From NCBI GenBank assembly GCA_034419075.1, contig DAOULR010000001.1:1766-65765 (forward strand): a stretch of 64,000 nt of DNA. The letters are read 5' to 3'. Numbering within the stretch: the first letter of the stretch is position 1; each line of letters begins with the position of its first letter. The DNA comes from Dehalococcoidales bacterium (GTDB taxonomy: Bacteria > Chloroflexota > Dehalococcoidia > Dehalococcoidales > BS750m-G39). The position numbers and the translations under genes are program-made. This document shows, piece by piece, positions 59,482 to 64,000 of the stretch. The notes beneath the pieces are model-generated. The model searched no databases. It was not told the DNA's origin and saw only the letters and a program-made list of their open reading frames with translations.

Positions 59482-60144
59482 CTAAAGCTCGATGTCTTTC
59501 AAATCCTCGGCCAGAATTAGTCTAGGCTCAGTAACAGCCTGTATCTCGTCCGCCGACCAGCCGGGGGCGACCTCTTTTAGCACCAGTCCCTCTTTGGTAA
59601 CTTCAATAACGGCGATATCGGTAACGATCAAGTCCACGCACTCTCTGGCGGTAAGAGGATAATCACACTCTTTAACAATCCGGTAGTTGCCGTCCTTGGT
59701 GGTGTGTAACATGGCTACAATCAGCTTTTTAGCACCAGCCGCCAGGTCCATGGCACCACCCATACCGATTCCATGCCTTGTTCCCGTTCGCCAGTTTGCC
59801 AAGTCCCCTTTCTCCGATACCTGATAGGCCCCCAGAACGGTGATATCAATATGACCACCTAATATCATGTCAAAGGCTTCAGCGCTGTTGAAAACAGACA
59901 TGCCAGGCGCGGGGGTGATAAACTGAGCTGAGGCGTTAATCAAATCCTCATCTCCTTCGCCCGGGGCAGCCAGTGGGCCAGCGCCAAGTAGTCCAATCTC
60001 ATATTGAAATAAAACAGTCCTGCCCTCGGGAATAAAGTCGGCGGCTAAACTAGGCATGCCATAGCCTAGATTGACCACGTCCCCGTCCTTAAATTCCTTG
60101 GCAACCCTGAGGGCAATCGTCCGTTCGTCGAGTCGCTCTTTCAT
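59482..60144 (-). CDS. 3-oxoacid CoA-transferase subunit B
   Basis: VNLGYGMP, GGHIDITVLGAYQVS..GDLANW, GMGGAMDL motifs. Confidence 0.93.
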   Translation of the reverse strand: MKERLDERTIALRVAKEFKDGDVVNLGYGMPSLAADFIPEGRTVLFQYEIGLLGAGPLAAPGEGDEDLINASAQFITPAPGMSVFNSAEAFDMILGGHIDITVLGAYQVSEKGDLANWRTGTRHGIGMGGAMDLAAGAKKLIVAMLHTTKDGNYRIVKECDYPLTARECVDLIVTDIAVIEVTKEGLVLKEVAPGWSADEIQAVTEPRLILAEDLKDIEL

Positions 60145-60872
60145 CCTCGGCCTCCTGTTGGGCGTATAGGTACTATCCGGTCAACATACAGGCAAGGGGT
60201 GTGAATGTGGTCAGGGTCAAGCTCACCGGGTTGCACCAGATGCTCAACCTCGGCGATAGTTACATCAGCAGCCGTGGCCATTACCGGGTTGAAGGTCCGG
60301 GCAGCTAAGCGATACACCAGGTTTCCCATGGTATCGGCCTTGTGCGCTTTGATAAGGGCGTAGTCTGCCCTCAGTGGGAGCTCAAAGAGATATTCTTGGC
60401 CATTAATTACCCTCTTTTCCTTCCCCTCTTCAATAACGGTGCCAATCCCAACTTTGGTATAGAAGCCACCCATACCCGCTCCCCCGGCCCGTATCCGGTG
60501 CACTAATGTTCCCTGCGGAACTATCTCCAACTCGACCTCGTCCTTATTGAACTGCACTTCAAAGGGTGAAATGGGTGGCAGGTTGCCCAGGGCGGGGAGA
60601 CACGAAATGGCTTTCTTAACCTGGTGATTCTCAAATAGTATCCCGTGGTCGGGGTAGCCATCAGGAGGTCTTACCAGCTTTGACTGTTCCAGCCCATGGC
60701 CCATATGAACCTGTACGAGGGTAAGGTTCTTAGCCCCCTGCCTGGCCAGCGCGTATATCAGATTATGTGGTAGACCCGCCGGCGGTCCAAAGCCACCTAT
60801 GAATATTACCGCTCCATCCGGTATATCAGCTACGGCGGCGTCACAGGAACTGTATATTTTATCTATAGGCAT
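60141..60872 (-). CDS. 3-oxoacid CoA-transferase subunit A
   Basis: IPDGAVIFIGGFG, PQGTL..RIRAGGAG, ADTMGNL, ARTFNP motifs. Confidence 0.93.
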   Translation of the reverse strand: MPIDKIYSSCDAAVADIPDGAVIFIGGFGPPAGLPHNLIYALARQGAKNLTLVQVHMGHGLEQSKLVRPPDGYPDHGILFENHQVKKAISCLPALGNLPPISPFEVQFNKDEVELEIVPQGTLVHRIRAGGAGMGGFYTKVGIGTVIEEGKEKRVINGQEYLFELPLRADYALIKAHKADTMGNLVYRLAARTFNPVMATAADVTIAEVEHLVQPGELDPDHIHTPCLYVDRIVPIRPTGGRG

Positions 60873-60921
60873 CTAGACTGACCTCCTTAATATAGATTTA
60901 GCCCGGCACCTTGAAGGAACA

Positions 60922-62052
60922 CTATAACCCTAACTCCCGGGCTATCTTCTCGCGATGGAAATCAGCATCGCCAAATGCAATCTCGGCGGCCTTGGCCCGC
61001 CTGGTGTATAGCTCTAAGTCTAAGTCTTTAGTCCAGCCAATAGCGCCATGGATCTGGTGACTTAAGGCGGTAACCCGGCGATAGGCCTCACTGCACCAAG
61101 CCTTGGCTATAGCCACCTCTTTTGAACAGGGAAGTCCTTCATCTATCATCCAGGCTGCCTTATAGGTATGGAACCTAGAGGCATCAACATCTATGGCTAT
61201 ATTGACACAATAATGCTGGATGGCCTGAAAACTGCCGATGGGACGTCCGAATTGGGTCCTTTCTTTGGCATAACTAACCGTCATATCCAGAACCCGCTGG
61301 GCCCCACCTACCATATCAGCGCATTTGGCCACAGCTGCCCGCTCCAGAATTTTCCCCACACCCTTCCCAGCCCGGCCGACTTCCCCGATTACACTTTCTC
61401 GTGGCACCTTTATGCTATTAAAGTTGACCTCAAACTGCTTGTCACCGGCTATAGTCTTAAGCAGCGTGTAATCTATGCCGGGGCTCTTGGCATCGACCAG
61501 GAAAAGGCTAACGCCTTGATCCGCCCTACTGCCCTCAGTTCGGGCACTAACAACCAGATAATCAGCGATGTGGGCATCAGGAACAAAGAGCTTGGTGCCG
61601 GTAAGGAGGTATCCGTCTTCATCGGCAATAGCCTGACAGCTAATATCAGCCGGGTCATAACTATCGCTTGGTTCAACTAGAGCTAAGGTGCAGACTATAT
61701 CCCCCCTAGCTATGCGGGGCAAGAGCTTCCCTTTTTGTTCTTCACTGCCCATATCCAGGATAGTCAGACCACCCAGAACTACTGTGGGTAGGAAAGGAGA
61801 GGGCAGGCAAGCTCGTCCCATTTCCTCAAGCAGTACAACCAAGTCTGAAAAGCTGCCCCCATTTCCTTCGTACCTTTCCGGGAATGGTAGTGCCATCCAA
61901 CCCAACTCCGCCATGCTGTGCCATAGCTGGGCTGAATACCCTATCTCATCTTCTTCCATCTCCCTAACCAGCTTCTTAGGGCACTCTTTCTCCAGAAAAT
62001 CACGAGCCGTTCTCTTTAATAGCTCCTGCCCTTCAGAAAGGGAAAAATCCAC
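60922..62052 (-). CDS. acyl-CoA dehydrogenase, short subunit of a heteromeric pair (FadE27/ChsE-like)
   Basis: RTQFGRPIGSFQAIQH, HQIHGAIG, AFGDADFHRE motifs; lacks the catalytic-Glu motifs. Confidence 0.88.
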   Translation of the reverse strand: MDFSLSEGQELLKRTARDFLEKECPKKLVREMEEDEIGYSAQLWHSMAELGWMALPFPERYEGNGGSFSDLVVLLEEMGRACLPSPFLPTVVLGGLTILDMGSEEQKGKLLPRIARGDIVCTLALVEPSDSYDPADISCQAIADEDGYLLTGTKLFVPDAHIADYLVVSARTEGSRADQGVSLFLVDAKSPGIDYTLLKTIAGDKQFEVNFNSIKVPRESVIGEVGRAGKGVGKILERAAVAKCADMVGGAQRVLDMTVSYAKERTQFGRPIGSFQAIQHYCVNIAIDVDASRFHTYKAAWMIDEGLPCSKEVAIAKAWCSEAYRRVTALSHQIHGAIGWTKDLDLELYTRRAKAAEIAFGDADFHREKIARELGL

Positions 62053-62088
62053 CTCTTACCTCCTTAATTCGGGGTTGAACCCTTCAGA

Positions 62089-63270
62089 CTAACCTCGGGG
62101 CAGTCCCAGACCCCTAGTAGCCACGATATTCCTCTGGATTTCTGATGTGCCCGTGAAAAGAGTAAAGGCAAAGGTCTCTAGGTACCAGCGCTCTATTAAA
62201 CCTTGGAGCACCGCCCATTTGGAGCCCTCCGCTAGCTGGCCGAATGAGCCCAAGAGCTTCATGGCCGCATTGGCAGCTCGCTGCTGAGCTTCATAGCTGA
62301 ACGCCTTGCTCATGGATACTTGCGCCGTAGTGGGGAGTCCCCGGCTAGCCAGCCAAGCTCCTCGATAGGAAAGCAAGCGCGCTGTCTCTATTTCGATTTC
62401 TATATCGGCTAGACGCTGCCGAACCAGCGGGTTTCTCCCTTTACCCTCCTCTTTCACATATCGCACCAGCATCTCGAAAAGCCGCCGCATGGTTGCGATT
62501 GGCCCTATATCTAGCCCTCGCTCGAAGTCCAGCAGTGTCATAGCCACCTCCCAACCTTGGTCCTTTTGCCCCAAGATGTTCTTCCGGGGAACCCTTACTT
62601 CATCGAGGAAAACCTCACATAGATTGCCACCACCCCCCATATCGGTTATGGTGCGAACCGTGATACCTGGCGTTGTCATATCTAACAAGAGGAATGTGAT
62701 GCCCATATGCTTTTTGGGGGGAGACGGGTCTGTTCGTACCAAAAGGAAGCACCAGTCCGTCTTGTGGGCACCGCTTGTCCAAAGCTTCCGGCCGTTAATA
62801 ATCAGGCTGTTGCCATCCTCCCGAGCTAAGGTTTGAATTGAGGCTAGGTCAGAGCCTGTTTCGGGCTCGCTAAATCCCTCACACCAGAACCTCTCCCCCT
62901 GGGCAATGGGGGGCAGGTGTTGCTTCTTCTGTTCTTCAGTTCCAAAGCGAATAATGGTGGGAGCAAGCATACCCACCGTGAACCCATCCCAACCAGGGGC
63001 ACCCCGGTAGTGAATCTCCTCCTGCAGAATGGTACCCAGCAAAGGACTACCTTCTCTACCACCGTATTCCTTAGGCCAGCCCAGGGTGAGCCACCCCTTC
63101 TCTCCAAATTTACGCGCCATAACCTTCTGTAGTTCCCATACTCCGTCACGATAACGGTCTTCCGCCGGATTTATCACCGCCAGTTCATGCTCTAAAGGCA
63201 GTTCTTTTTCCAAAAAGTCCCGGACTTCCCGGCGGAAGGATTCCTCTTCAGCACTAAAGCCGAATTCCAT
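62089..63270 (-). CDS. acyl-CoA dehydrogenase, catalytic subunit of a heteromeric pair (FadE26/ChsE-like)
   Basis: WPKEYGG, FSEPETGSDLASI, NGRKLWTS, LDFERG, GTSEIQRNIVA motifs. Confidence 0.92.
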   Translation of the reverse strand: MEFGFSAEEESFRREVRDFLEKELPLEHELAVINPAEDRYRDGVWELQKVMARKFGEKGWLTLGWPKEYGGREGSPLLGTILQEEIHYRGAPGWDGFTVGMLAPTIIRFGTEEQKKQHLPPIAQGERFWCEGFSEPETGSDLASIQTLAREDGNSLIINGRKLWTSGAHKTDWCFLLVRTDPSPPKKHMGITFLLLDMTTPGITVRTITDMGGGGNLCEVFLDEVRVPRKNILGQKDQGWEVAMTLLDFERGLDIGPIATMRRLFEMLVRYVKEEGKGRNPLVRQRLADIEIEIETARLLSYRGAWLASRGLPTTAQVSMSKAFSYEAQQRAANAAMKLLGSFGQLAEGSKWAVLQGLIERWYLETFAFTLFTGTSEIQRNIVATRGLGLPRG

Positions 63271-63273
63271 GGT

Positions 63274-63999
63274 TTATTGGCCTTCCTTAGACTGTTTTAT
63301 CGTTTGGGTAAGTAACGGCACTACCTGATGCAGGTCAGCCACTATGCCGTAGTCGGCAATTTGAAATACCGGAGCCTCGGGGTCGCTATTTATAGCAACT
63401 ATGGTCTCAGATTCCCTCATCCCGGCGAGGTGCTGGACAGCCCCGGATATGCCACAGGCAATATATAGCTTTGGTCTTACAGTTTTTCCCGTTTGACCTA
63501 CCTGATGGGTGCTTGATATCCATCCAGCGTCAACTACGTCCCGCGAGGCGCCAACCTCACCGCCCAAGGCCTTGGCCAACTCTTCGATTAACTCAAATTT
63601 TTCCGGTGTTCCCACCCCCCTACCGCCGGAGACAATAATATCAGCCTCCTCCAGGTTAACGCTCTTTTCTCCCTCTTTGACTATCTCCACTATCCTGACC
63701 ATTGTACTCTTCGGGTCAATATCTAAGGGTATCTTTATTACCTCACCCTTTCTGGCTACATCCCTATCCAGAGCCTTCATAACCCTGGGCCTGACCGTCG
63801 CCATTTGAGGTCTGTTTATTGGCGTTACAATAGAGGCCATAATGTTGCCGCCGAAGGCTGGCCTGGTCTGCACCAACAGACGCGCCTCCTTATCAATGCT
63901 AAGCCCGGTACAATCCGCGGTTAATCCTGTCCCTATCCTCCGGGCGATTCGTGGGGCTAGATCCCTACCCAGGTAAGTTGCCCCTATAAGGAATATCTC
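63274..63999 (-). CDS. etfA: electron transfer flavoprotein alpha subunit (5' truncated by the window end)
   Basis: The frame is open to the window end (GLTADCT, QTRPAFGGN, GGRG, QVGQTG, GISGAVQH, AINSD). Confidence 0.95.
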   Translation of the reverse strand, partial: EIFLIGATYLGRDLAPRIARRIGTGLTADCTGLSIDKEARLLVQTRPAFGGNIMASIVTPINRPQMATVRPRVMKALDRDVARKGEVIKIPLDIDPKSTMVRIVEIVKEGEKSVNLEEADIIVSGGRGVGTPEKFELIEELAKALGGEVGASRDVVDAGWISSTHQVGQTGKTVRPKLYIACGISGAVQHLAGMRESETIVAINSDPEAPVFQIADYGIVADLHQVVPLLTQTIKQSKEGQ

Positions 64000-64000
64000 C

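Overview
The window looks like Chloroflexota, most like Dehalococcoidia (inferred from gene order and protein style). It has four parts. (1) 1-920: the 5' part of a 23S rRNA gene on the minus strand, with its own promoter and no 16S gene upstream, transcribed divergently from rpsL. (2) 1307-21407: a complete str-S10-spc-alpha ribosomal superoperon (rpsL to rpsI, no tuf). S3 and S17 carry long E/K/A/P-rich tails. (3) 21475-30290: three tRNAs (Leu-CAG, the unusual Arg-GCG, Val-TAC), followed by an ~8.4 kb integrase-less island bounded by a 121-bp direct repeat that starts in tRNA-Val. The island encodes a large secreted papain-family multidomain protein and a glycosylation module. (4) 30.3-64 kb: an anaerobic catabolic region. 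It holds two OYE-like flavoenzymes, two SnoaL proteins, a PhlG-like hydrolase, two 6-oxocamphor-hydrolase-like crotonases, a stand-alone Mo/W-bisPGD enzyme, a TRAP transporter, an inactive HMG-CoA-synthase-like/DUF35 fusion plus thiolase (PhlABC-like), MarR, an AbfD-like protein without its Fe-S cysteines, two CoA-transferase pairs, three acyl-CoA dehydrogenases and ETF. The best candidate for an undescribed system is a pathway for uptake and hydrolytic C-C cleavage of cyclic 1,3-diketone or acyl-phenol substrates feeding beta-oxidation. A duplicated 78-bp promoter/operator module probably co-regulates part of it. All functional calls come from motif recognition by eye; no database searches were run.
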